Source: a virus
Lineage: Duplodnaviria > Heunggongvirae > Uroviricota > Caudoviricetes
IMG/VR virus record: IMGVR_UViG_3300033747_000014
Reading direction: 5' to 3' (one strand)
DNA: 64,000 nt
Positions 49,662-58,193 of this stretch are shown here, in pieces; the first letter of the stretch is position 1, and each line of letters opens with the position of its first letter. The notes under the pieces were generated by a model. That model did no database searches. It was given only the letters and a program-made list of their open reading frames with translations, and had not been told where the DNA came from. The position numbers and the translations under genes are program-made.

Positions 49662-49724
49662 TTTGGTGGAATCAAATTTATTTTTTATATTTGTAGTGTT
49701 ATTAATCATTAAAACTATTACACT

Positions 49725-50477
49725 ATGCGACCTAACAGAGTATATCCAAACAAATTAAACTTATACACTAAAAAACACACACAAAAAATCAAAATGATGA
49801 GTGGTGTTGAATTGACTGCATTATATTTGTTGAAAGAAACAAATCAATATTATATAAGCATTGATTCTTGGGCTTTTTGTTGTTCAACTTTAAAAAGAAA
49901 GAAAAAAAATCTAAATCTAAATTTAAATCTTCCAATATTAGAAGATTTAGAAACTATTGAAATACTAAATGAAAATTCTAATTTGGATTGGTTGGAATCT
50001 GGTTTAAATAATAATGAATCTGATATGGTTGAATCTTTTAATTTCTTAAGAGATCTATTTCCTAATAAACATATCACATATTTACCAGAATTCTCAAATT
50101 ATATTGTCCTAAACTATTGTTGGGATAAATTAAATTTAAATAATGAACGAAATAAAGACGAAAAATCTATCAATAGATTGAAAAGATTAAACAGAAAATT
50201 TATTGAGTTTAGTCATATTGATACTTATAAACCATTATTCGAAAAACTGAATAGTGGTGAAATTGATATGAAAACATTTATATCTGAAAGAGACGATTTT
50301 TTATTTAAAAATTATAACATCATAGACAAACTAAATTTAATCGGTAAAAATACTATTGTTTGCCCTTATATATTTTCAGATAGATGTGTCGAAGGTAGTT
50401 CTTATGAAAATGCTGGAGAAATCTACATGGTTGTAACTAAAGATACTGTGTATTTTGAATGTTCCAGACATTTTTAA
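49725..50477 (+). CDS. hypothetical protein
   Basis: 250 aa; own promoter and leader. Confidence 0.8.
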   Translation: MRPNRVYPNKLNLYTKKHTQKIKMMSGVELTALYLLKETNQYYISIDSWAFCCSTLKRKKKNLNLNLNLPILEDLETIEILNENSNLDWLESGLNNNESDMVESFNFLRDLFPNKHITYLPEFSNYIVLNYCWDKLNLNNERNKDEKSINRLKRLNRKFIEFSHIDTYKPLFEKLNSGEIDMKTFISERDDFLFKNYNIIDKLNLIGKNTIVCPYIFSDRCVEGSSYENAGEIYMVVTKDTVYFECSRHF

Positions 50478-50560
50478 GATTTATTAACAGGAATAATTTG
50501 CATAGGTGGATTATTCCTGTTATATTTGTATTATAAAATTAATCATTAAAACTAAAAGAT

Positions 50561-50965
50561 ATGAAAGCTACTTACAAAAATCTGACAATCGAGAGTGAAT
50601 ATAAAGGAAATGAAATTTCTGATTGGGCATTGGTAAATAACCGTCATACACACCATAGTATAACGGTAAAGAATAATGATACTAAAATTAAAATTAAATT
50701 TAATTTTTGGGCTTCAATATCTCAACCTACAATTAAAACTGAAGAGGATTTGTTTAATGCTTTTCAATGTTTTATTAGTGATTGTATGATTGGTGGTGAA
50801 AGCTTTGAAGATTTTAAATTTAATTATTCTTACGAAGATAATGAAAAATCTGAAGAGATTTTTTCAAAGTGTGTAGAATCATACGAAAAGTTTAATGAGG
50901 TATCTGAAGAATCTGTGTACGATTTTGCAAATGAGTTAAGTGATTATATTGAAGAAAACTTTTAA
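50561..50965 (+). CDS. conserved phage hypothetical protein
   Basis: FWASI..P and AFQCFISD..G.SFEDF motifs. Confidence 0.8.
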   Translation: MKATYKNLTIESEYKGNEISDWALVNNRHTHHSITVKNNDTKIKIKFNFWASISQPTIKTEEDLFNAFQCFISDCMIGGESFEDFKFNYSYEDNEKSEEIFSKCVESYEKFNEVSEESVYDFANELSDYIEENF

Positions 50966-51046
50966 CATTTATTAACAGGAATAATTTGCATAGGTGAATT
51001 ATTCCTGTTATATTCGTAGTGTTGTTAATCATTAAAACTTCTTATT

Positions 51047-51235
51047 ATGGATTTAAATGAAATAAAAGAACAAGTACAAAAAGCTGGTAACATTATTGAA
51101 TCAGTTGATGAGGTAATAACAAACGAATTGGTGAACTCCCAACACGCAAGCCATGAATTTAAAGAAAATCAAAGAATATCGAATGCAGTTTTAAATGTTA
51201 TTCGTGCTATTGATAATCTTAAACATGAACTTTAA
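51047..51235 (+). CDS. hypothetical helical protein
   Basis: hairpin promoter. Confidence 0.7.
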   Translation: MDLNEIKEQVQKAGNIIESVDEVITNELVNSQHASHEFKENQRISNAVLNVIRAIDNLKHEL

Positions 51236-51245
51236 ATTTAAAAGA

Positions 51246-51689
51246 ATGAATAAATTTAGTTTATCACATGTAGCATTATATACAAAAAATTGGTATAATC
51301 GTTCAGGTAATATAATTGAGGATTTATCTAAATGTATTGATGCAGATGGTTATTGGATGAATAATACCTCACATGAAATTTTTAATTTAATTTTTGGTAA
51401 ATTGATCAATTCAAAAATTATTCACCCAGAAACAAATTTAAAATCTTTAATTAACTCTGCCAGTCCTCATGATTCTTGGAGGGTTGGATATTACACAAAA
51501 GATTCTTTATGCAATCCAAACCCTAAAGTGGAATATGAATATTATACAGCGTTAATTTATTCGTGTATGTATTATATTCAAAACCTTGAAAAAGATCAAT
51601 GGAATTATCATGTAAAACCAGATCCAAAAGTTTTACCTGTATCGGAAAAGAAAATAAAAGAATATGAAAATCTTTTGATAAAGTCATAG
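51246..51689 (+). CDS. hypothetical protein
   Basis: HVALYTKNWY motif; start trimmed. Confidence 0.75.
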   Translation: MNKFSLSHVALYTKNWYNRSGNIIEDLSKCIDADGYWMNNTSHEIFNLIFGKLINSKIIHPETNLKSLINSASPHDSWRVGYYTKDSLCNPNPKVEYEYYTALIYSCMYYIQNLEKDQWNYHVKPDPKVLPVSEKKIKEYENLLIKS

Positions 51690-51832
51690 TTTAGTTTAAT
51701 GGTTAACAATAGAAAACCTCATCTTTCAAACGTGATTGATGAGGTTTTTAACATTTATTAACTAAATTAATTTGGTCTATTAATATTTTTAGTTTATATT
51801 TGTAGTGTTGTTAATCATTAAAACTAAAAGAT

Positions 51833-52267
51833 ATGAAAATTAGTAACCATAATATTAGTAAATATTTCGATTATACTTGCATGGATATTTGTGAAGATAT
51901 TAATAAAAGAATTGAAAAATTTATTAATGACTATCAAAAAAAGATGTTTGGTAAAGCATTCTTTTTGGATGTTGAATATAGAAATGTTTTAATTGATCTT
52001 ATTTGGTATAGGGAAGACAGATTAAAAACTCACATTCATTTGTGTAGGATTAATAAATTACCAGAGGATTCATTTGCAATCCAACATGCAAGATATTATT
52101 TAAAAAGATTGAAAGATATTGAATTTAAATCATTTATTCATGTAATGAGATTAAACACTAATTATTCGTGGTTTGGATTTTCTCAAAAAAGAAAAGACGA
52201 AATGAATAAAGAACTTTGTGAAATTGCTAAAAAAGTTGTTGAAAAAATGAAAAAAGAAAAACTTTAA
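51833..52267 (+). CDS. hypothetical protein
   Basis: own promoter and leader. Confidence 0.75.
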   Translation: MKISNHNISKYFDYTCMDICEDINKRIEKFINDYQKKMFGKAFFLDVEYRNVLIDLIWYREDRLKTHIHLCRINKLPEDSFAIQHARYYLKRLKDIEFKSFIHVMRLNTNYSWFGFSQKRKDEMNKELCEIAKKVVEKMKKEKL

Positions 52268-52284
52268 ATTTAAATATAAAAATT

Positions 52285-52512
52285 ATGTGTAAATTTTGTA
52301 ATAATTCTGGAGTTCGACTTGAAACTTATTTTAATGAAGAAGAACAAGAAACAGCAGATTTTCAATTTATGATTTATGGAGGTAAGTATTTGCGTGTTAG
52401 TTCTGATAAAGTACTAGAATTGGGTTATTTACAATTAGCTCATGCAGGTAGTCTTGAAATAAATTATTGTCCTATGTGTGGTAAAAAACTTGAAAATTAT
52501 ATGATGAAATAA
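52285..52512 (+). CDS. Zn-finger hypothetical protein
   Basis: MCKFC...INYCPMCGKKL. Confidence 0.75.
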   Translation: MCKFCNNSGVRLETYFNEEEQETADFQFMIYGGKYLRVSSDKVLELGYLQLAHAGSLEINYCPMCGKKLENYMMK

Positions 52513-52612
52513 ATTTAATTGGTTTAACATTTATTAACACGAATAATTTGCATAGGTGAATTATTCGTGTTATTTTTGTATTAGAAAATTAAAACTAAAA
52601 ACAAATAGAACC

Positions 52613-53722
52613 ATGAGACTAATTAAAAATTTAAACAAAGACCTTGGTCAGAATACAGACCTATTTACAAATGTAGCTGCAAAGATAGCATCCGTGTTTA
52701 GCGTTATCTTTGCAATGAGTATTGTATATGAACTCAAGGATCATATTGATCTTTGGTTGGTTGGAATCCTTTCAATCTTTATTGCTTTCTTTCTTATTGT
52801 AAATGAAGTAATAAAAATTAAAAGCATTAAAAACGTTCATAATGGAAATAACAAAGCGTTATTATCTTTTATTTTCACTTTTGTTATCTCTATTGCTCTG
52901 AGTGGAACAGGTATTTATCTATGGGTTAATAAAACTCAAGATATTAATTCAAAATCTTTAATTGATAAAACTGTTAAAGTTAATGATATTAAATCGGAAT
53001 ATACAAAAGAATTTGAAAGATTAAATTTAAAATCCTTTGAAGATACAAAAGAATTTTTAAATTTAAAAAAATCTTTAACCTATTGGGAAAATAGATCTGC
53101 TGCTACTCTTGATGAGAGAACAGAAATTCGCAACACTATTAGAGAAATTCAAAATAACATTAATGAGAACAGAAAAGTATTTAATACAGCAAAAAAAGAA
53201 CTCATTAATGAAAAAGAAAATGAATTAGAATCTAAATTAAAAGTGGTAGATGTAGAATTCAACAACCAATCAAAAGAAGTAAACAAAAATAATCTGCTTA
53301 CTTATATTCTTTTGACCTTAGTTATTATTGTTGAATTTGCAATTATATATTTAAACAATAATATTGCCAAAGGAGAACAGGAGATTTTAAATTTAAAAAA
53401 TAGTGATGAGGTTAATAAATATTTTATTGGTAGAAAAATATTAAAATCCCTCTATTTGACGGCTGATTATGATGAAAACAACGAATTGTTTACCACAATC
53501 AAAAAAGCACAGTATTTGGCTAATAAAACGTCAAATTTGGAGTGGGAAGACTTTGCTGAATTATATAATCTTTATATTGATCTGGGAATTCTGGATAATG
53601 GTTCCACTATGAAACCCAAAGATGAAAATAAAAAAGGAATCCTAATGAATAGAATTATTATGCAGGATAAAAATATGGCATTTAAAAAATATGATGAGTT
53701 CTATAATATAGTTTTATCTTAA
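52613..53722 (+). CDS. membrane protein with long coiled coil
   Basis: three N-terminal TM helices, a coiled coil, one further TM; start trimmed. Confidence 0.85.
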   Translation: MRLIKNLNKDLGQNTDLFTNVAAKIASVFSVIFAMSIVYELKDHIDLWLVGILSIFIAFFLIVNEVIKIKSIKNVHNGNNKALLSFIFTFVISIALSGTGIYLWVNKTQDINSKSLIDKTVKVNDIKSEYTKEFERLNLKSFEDTKEFLNLKKSLTYWENRSAATLDERTEIRNTIREIQNNINENRKVFNTAKKELINEKENELESKLKVVDVEFNNQSKEVNKNNLLTYILLTLVIIVEFAIIYLNNNIAKGEQEILNLKNSDEVNKYFIGRKILKSLYLTADYDENNELFTTIKKAQYLANKTSNLEWEDFAELYNLYIDLGILDNGSTMKPKDENKKGILMNRIIMQDKNMAFKKYDEFYNIVLS

Positions 53723-53802
53723 CATTTATTAACAGGAATAATTTGCATAGGCGGATTATTCCTGTTATATTTGTATTGTTGTTAAATTTTAAATTTATTC
53801 TT

Positions 53803-54021
53803 ATGATGTTTTCAGAGTTAATGAAAGAAGTTAGAGACTTGTTTAATGCTTGGATGAAAGATGATGATATTCTTAATCATTATTCAGGTGATGAGGTTGA
53901 AATCCAAAGAGAATTTGTTAAATGTGTTCAGCAAGAAATAGGATCTAATTTTGTGATTCTTACTGAAGAAGAATTGCAAAATAAATTAGATTCTTATTAT
54001 GAAACTATGGAGGGATTTTAA
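53803..54021 (+). CDS. hypothetical protein
   Basis: start trimmed; hairpin promoter. Confidence 0.65.
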   Translation: MMFSELMKEVRDLFNAWMKDDDILNHYSGDEVEIQREFVKCVQQEIGSNFVILTEEELQNKLDSYYETMEGF

Positions 54022-54129
54022 ATTTAAAAAGTTTGATTGGTTTAACATTTATTAACACAAATAATTTGCTTATGTGAATTGTTTGTGTTATATTTGTATT
54101 AACAAATTAACCATTAAAACTATTGAATT

Positions 54130-54516
54130 ATGAATTTAACTGAAAAACAAATAGAAGAATATAACGAATCAATTGGTAAGTTTATGAATATGAAAACTGG
54201 TTTAACTTATCAGTTGTTTGGTGAAAATTTAAATTTAACTATTCTTGATCGAACACGTACCTTTTGTTATCCTCACGAATTAAGGTTTCATAAGGATTGG
54301 AATTGGTTGATGGAAGTCATTGAAAAGATCGAAAAATTACCAATCACAGATAATGGTGGAATATGTGTGTCAATTGAACATAACTATTGTAGAATTTATC
54401 TGGATGATTGGGGACAGTTTACAGATATTGCTATCGGTATTTCAAAAAATAGTAAAATTGAAGCTACTTTTAAAGCAGTAGTTAATTTCATTGAATGGTA
54501 TAACCAACAAAAATAA
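54130..54516 (+). CDS. conserved phage hypothetical protein
   Basis: FHKDWNWLMEVIEKIE and IEATFKAVVNFIEWYN motifs. Confidence 0.8.
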   Translation: MNLTEKQIEEYNESIGKFMNMKTGLTYQLFGENLNLTILDRTRTFCYPHELRFHKDWNWLMEVIEKIEKLPITDNGGICVSIEHNYCRIYLDDWGQFTDIAIGISKNSKIEATFKAVVNFIEWYNQQK

Positions 54517-54520
54517 TATT

Positions 54521-54877
54521 ATGAATAAAACAATAAAGAAAATATTGATAGGGAAACTTTTTAAATTTAATCCTTGGCTTAATACGCTTTTTGTTATTGT
54601 CGGGGTTAGATATAATCCCTATCATAATATTATTGATATTTTAGTTGGTAGAGTTTATTTAAATGCAAAAGAAATACAAATTTATTCATGGTATCAATTA
54701 AATAAATATGATATTCATTTTTGGAAAAGAAGTAGCAAAGAAGAAATAAAAAAATGTTTGAAAACTAATCCAGATAAAATAAAATATCATATTGGTGAAT
54801 GTATTGATATTTCTAAATTTGAAATTTATGAATATAAAACCAATTATTATCAGGAGTATTTAAACCAACAAAAATAA
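54521..54877 (+). CDS. hypothetical protein
   Basis: start trimmed to MNKTIK. Confidence 0.7.
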   Translation: MNKTIKKILIGKLFKFNPWLNTLFVIVGVRYNPYHNIIDILVGRVYLNAKEIQIYSWYQLNKYDIHFWKRSSKEEIKKCLKTNPDKIKYHIGECIDISKFEIYEYKTNYYQEYLNQQK

Positions 54878-54884
54878 ATTTAAA

Positions 54885-55085
54885 ATGAGATACGTATATC
54901 AAATACATGAAGACAGTGAAATATATAGTAGTCGTTTAAAAGCACATAAAAGACTATGTAATATATGGAGAAAAGATATGGATGAATTTCTACCAATTAA
55001 GGAACGGATTCATCCCAGATGTAAAGGTTGGGTTGAAATAATATATTCTAATGGTGCAACTATAACCAAAAGACCTTTACTATAA
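54885..55085 (+). CDS. hypothetical protein
   Basis: co-oriented ORF. Confidence 0.65.
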   Translation: MRYVYQIHEDSEIYSSRLKAHKRLCNIWRKDMDEFLPIKERIHPRCKGWVEIIYSNGATITKRPLL

Positions 55086-55284
55086 CATTCTTTCGTACAT
55101 TGTAGTTACTGCACATTGTGTTTTAAATTTAAAATGGACATTGTGTATATGTACACGTACATTATATATCCCTAACTGTACATTGCACCCCCACCCCTAA
55201 AGAATGTACACTTTTTATTTGGTAGTCTCAAATATTATCACTATATTTGTATTATAATAATTAACCATTAAAACTATTTCAATT

Positions 55285-55524
55285 ATGATGACAGTCGCAA
55301 CAATTACAGAACTTCTAAGAACATTGAAAAAATATTTACTCTTAAAGTATCATGCAGAAGGTAGATCAATAGATCGACCAGAAGTAAACCAATCCCTTAA
55401 TGATATGTTGAACAATATCATTATTGAACTGGAGACTTTGAGAATGAAAGAACAAATATCAGAAGAAGATTTTGAAAGCCTTGTGGAAATTGCTGAGAAA
55501 TATACCTGCCATTTGCAACTATAA
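55285..55524 (+). CDS. hypothetical helical protein
   Basis: own promoter; terminator at 55552-55590. Confidence 0.7.
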   Translation: MMTVATITELLRTLKKYLLLKYHAEGRSIDRPEVNQSLNDMLNNIIIELETLRMKEQISEEDFESLVEIAEKYTCHLQL

Positions 55525-56036
55525 ATATTGATTCGTTTTGCCATAAACGCAAAAAACCCTTCATTGATTATTTCAATGAAGGGTTTTTTTATAGTGTTTA
55601 ACCAAAAAAATAAATTTAAAATAGACAAAACAATATTACATTATGTTAAATAACCTGAAGCTATTTAACATAATAATTCTATTGGTAAATAAACATATTA
55701 TTCCCATCCTATTTAACAAAATAGTTTTTCATGTAATTTATGTTTGTCTTGTCTTTCTTTATTCATACGCAAATAATTTAATTTGTTTCTTTTTCTATGT
55801 TTAACCGATGCAAAAGTAATGCAAGGGATTTGCACAAACAATATTTAAATTTAAAATGGTCAACTTTCACATATTTTAACATACCTGCCATCTATCTTAA
55901 TTTTTGTAAACTACCGGAACCGGCTCTCCACCAGGTGTTTACACCAATTCACTAAAATTCTAATTGTTAATAAAAGTTAATATTTTAAATTTAGCTTGGT
56001 GGTTCAAATATTTACATTACCTTTGCATCAGTGTTT

Positions 56037-56082
56037 AACCATAGTGGTTTCACGGGTTTTTAATGCCACTATAAAAAACCGT
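56037..56082 (+). promoter_or_regulatory. 5'-UTR H-type pseudoknot resembling a preQ1-I riboswitch (variant), copy 1
   Basis: ATAGTGG/CCACTAT P1, ACGG/CCGT P2, ATAAAAAA L3; promoter TACCTTTG at 56018; ATG at 56092. Confidence 0.55.
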
Positions 56083-56091
56083 TCTTTGTGT

Positions 56092-56280
56092 ATGGAAATT
56101 GATGTTTGCGATTTGTATGAATTTTATCTAAAGGGATATGAAAATACGGCATATACTTTTGGATATGTGCCAGAATTCAAAGATAGTAAAACCATTGAAG
56201 CTTATGTAATGGGAAGCATTGATGGTAGAACAGATCAAAAAAAAGATTTTGAATGTTTCATTAAAAAATTTCAAAAATAA
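56092..56280 (+). CDS. hypothetical protein
   Basis: start trimmed to MEIDVC. Confidence 0.7.
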   Translation: MEIDVCDLYEFYLKGYENTAYTFGYVPEFKDSKTIEAYVMGSIDGRTDQKKDFECFIKKFQK

Positions 56281-56281
56281 T

Positions 56282-56653
56282 ATGGAAAAGTATTTTTTGA
56301 ATGTTTCGGTTGAAAATAAAGTTTATACTTTTGAGGGTTCTTTAAAAAGCACCCTTAGAAGGTGTAAATTTTATGAACACAAAAGAATCAATAAAATAGA
56401 ACCAATCGGTTCGGAGGTTGTTTCTGTTTATAGTTTCGTAAACAAACACCCTGAAGATTTTACAGTATTAGATATTGATGGTAAAATTTGTGGGGCTGAG
56501 TTTCTTCCCAAAGATGCACTTGTTTCTCAAAATACTGGAGTGGTTGTTTATCCTACAGGTTTCTTTGGGTTTCAACTGACCCTTAAGCCAAAGATTGAAA
56601 AAGCTTTTGATAGCTTATTAAGTCAAAAAAATGAGATCCCTATCTTATATTGA
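56282..56653 (+). CDS. hypothetical protein
   Basis: start trimmed to MEKYF; terminator at 56671-56704. Confidence 0.75.
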   Translation: MEKYFLNVSVENKVYTFEGSLKSTLRRCKFYEHKRINKIEPIGSEVVSVYSFVNKHPEDFTVLDIDGKICGAEFLPKDALVSQNTGVVVYPTGFFGFQLTLKPKIEKAFDSLLSQKNEIPILY

Positions 56654-56709
56654 TGACTGGTAAATTAGTCAACCCCTGCAAGATTATCCTGCAGGGGTTT
56701 TTTTATGCT

Positions 56710-56845
56710 TTATAGTGCCGGAATTTAAACCAGAAACAGTCTTAATTTAATCTTTTATATCTTTTACGGGTTCTTACTCCAGATTGATGATTGAAGTCTT
56801 TAAACAGGCTTATTTTGAATCAGTGTTAATGTATGTTAAAGAATT
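56710..56845. repeat. intergenic duplication, copy 1 (copy 2 at 59066-59201)
   Basis: shared blocks GAATTTAAACCAGAAACA and GGTTCTTACTCCAGATTGATG...GCTTATTTTGAATCAGTGTTAAT. Confidence 0.85.
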
Positions 56846-56886
56846 TGGAGGTTTAAATTTAAAAAATTACCTTTGCATTAGAGTTT

Positions 56887-56930
56887 AACCAGAGTGGTTC
56901 ACGGGTTTTGAATGCCACTATAAAAAACCG
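56887..56930 (+). promoter_or_regulatory. 5'-UTR H-type pseudoknot resembling a preQ1-I riboswitch (variant), copy 2
   Basis: AGTGG/CCACT P1, CGG/CCG P2, ATAAAAAA L3; promoter TACCTTTG at 56868; ATG at 56941. Confidence 0.55.
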
Positions 56931-56940
56931 ATTTTTGTGT

Positions 56941-57249
56941 ATGGAAATTTTAAGCAAGTCAAAAGCAGGTTTAACAGTCAAACTGATGGCTGATAAAATA
57001 AGTTTTGCTTATATGGATAAAGCAAATAACATCTTTTACGATTTCGATCAATATAGATTGAATCGTATCTTTGATTCTTTGAAAGGAAAAAAAGGAACTT
57101 TCATTGAAGAGTACAAAGGTATTAGTAAATCTGAATTAAACCATATCCAAACACAAAACAACAAAGATCTAAACAGATTGGTTAAAAAAACAGGGTTAGC
57201 CGAATCTGCAGGAATAGTTACTATATTTAAAAACAAAGGTATTATCTAA
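56941..57249 (+). CDS. hypothetical basic protein
   Basis: start trimmed to MEILSK. Confidence 0.75.
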   Translation: MEILSKSKAGLTVKLMADKISFAYMDKANNIFYDFDQYRLNRIFDSLKGKKGTFIEEYKGISKSELNHIQTQNNKDLNRLVKKTGLAESAGIVTIFKNKGII

Positions 57250-57268
57250 TTTTAAAATTGTTACCACT

Positions 57269-57421
57269 ATGGAAACCATTTATGTAGTATTTGATGGAAC
57301 TTCTTTTTTTATGGCTTATCAGGAACTTTTAAACGAAGATCCAAGCTTAGAAGTTCACGGAGAATTTTCGGATATTGAAAACGCTTCAGATTTTTGTGAT
57401 CTTAAAAATCTGGAGGTTTAA
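57269..57421 (+). CDS. 50-aa acidic protein (not in the ORF track)
   Basis: hand translation METIYVVFDG...DLKNLEV. Confidence 0.6.
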   Translation: METIYVVFDGTSFFMAYQELLNEDPSLEVHGEFSDIENASDFCDLKNLEV

Positions 57422-57459
57422 ATTTAAAATCTTTAATGTTTAACCAAAAAACTAAAATC

Positions 57460-57900
57460 ATGCAAAACGAAATTAAAAACCTTTTAGAGACTATTTTACC
57501 TTCAAAAACTGTAATACTGGTAAAAGAACATAAAAAGATTTTTGATGACGGGAAAACCCTTCAGATTGCTTTTTATCCCGAATCTGAAACAATTAACAAT
57601 GTTAGGGGTCAATATCCACAAGTTGTTTCTTTAAGATTAGATCTCAATACTTTGGAACTGGAGCCACAAATTTATGGCGGTAACGGTGGAAGATGTATCT
57701 ATAGAACACCTGACGAAAAGCACAGTTATTTAGCTATGCAATCTATAAAAATACCATTCAGAAAGCCCAAACCAGAAAAAGATAAAATTCTGGCTGCAAT
57801 CAAAAGATTTGCGGAACGGTGGCTTCAGGCTTTAAAAGACAACAAAGATGTTTTGAAATACCACGATCTTGTTAACTACGATGAATATTTCAACAGTTAA
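57460..57900 (+). CDS. hypothetical protein
   Basis: start could also be 57436. Confidence 0.75.
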   Translation: MQNEIKNLLETILPSKTVILVKEHKKIFDDGKTLQIAFYPESETINNVRGQYPQVVSLRLDLNTLELEPQIYGGNGGRCIYRTPDEKHSYLAMQSIKIPFRKPKPEKDKILAAIKRFAERWLQALKDNKDVLKYHDLVNYDEYFNS

Positions 57901-57979
57901 CATTAGTTAACAACCATCCGACCAAATGTTAAAAATGTTAAATCCTTTGGTCGGATGGATTTTTATATATACTTTTGAG

Positions 57980-58060
57980 TATTCCTTTCAACGGAGAGGC
58001 TACCAAGGGCATGGTTATTTTGTTAAATAGCCGGAAGAGTAGACTCCAACCTACTTTTTT
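57980..58060 (+). ncRNA. dispersed sRNA family, copy F
   Basis: promoter TACTTTTG at 57970; GGGCA; GGTTATTT/AAATAGCC; GGAAGAGTAGACTCCAACC 58033-51; T-tract. Confidence 0.7.
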
Positions 58061-58193
58061 AAAAAAAAAGAAACATTTTTTTACATTTGATGAGGTAATT
58101 GTTAATGTATGTTAAATTTTTAAATTTAATTTGGATTTTAAATTTAAACCCGTACCTTTGTTTTAGTGTTTAACAAATTAAAAATTTTCAATT

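Noticed and set aside
56712-56750. Conserved peptide IVPEFKPET in both copies of the duplication
   Set aside because: No in-frame start codon, and two third-position changes are too few to show coding selection.
33075-58060. Hammerhead, pistol, twister or HDV/theta ribozyme, or known riboswitch, identity for the sRNA family
   Set aside because: Diagnostic cores such as CUGANGA/GAAA or an HDV double pseudoknot are not visible.
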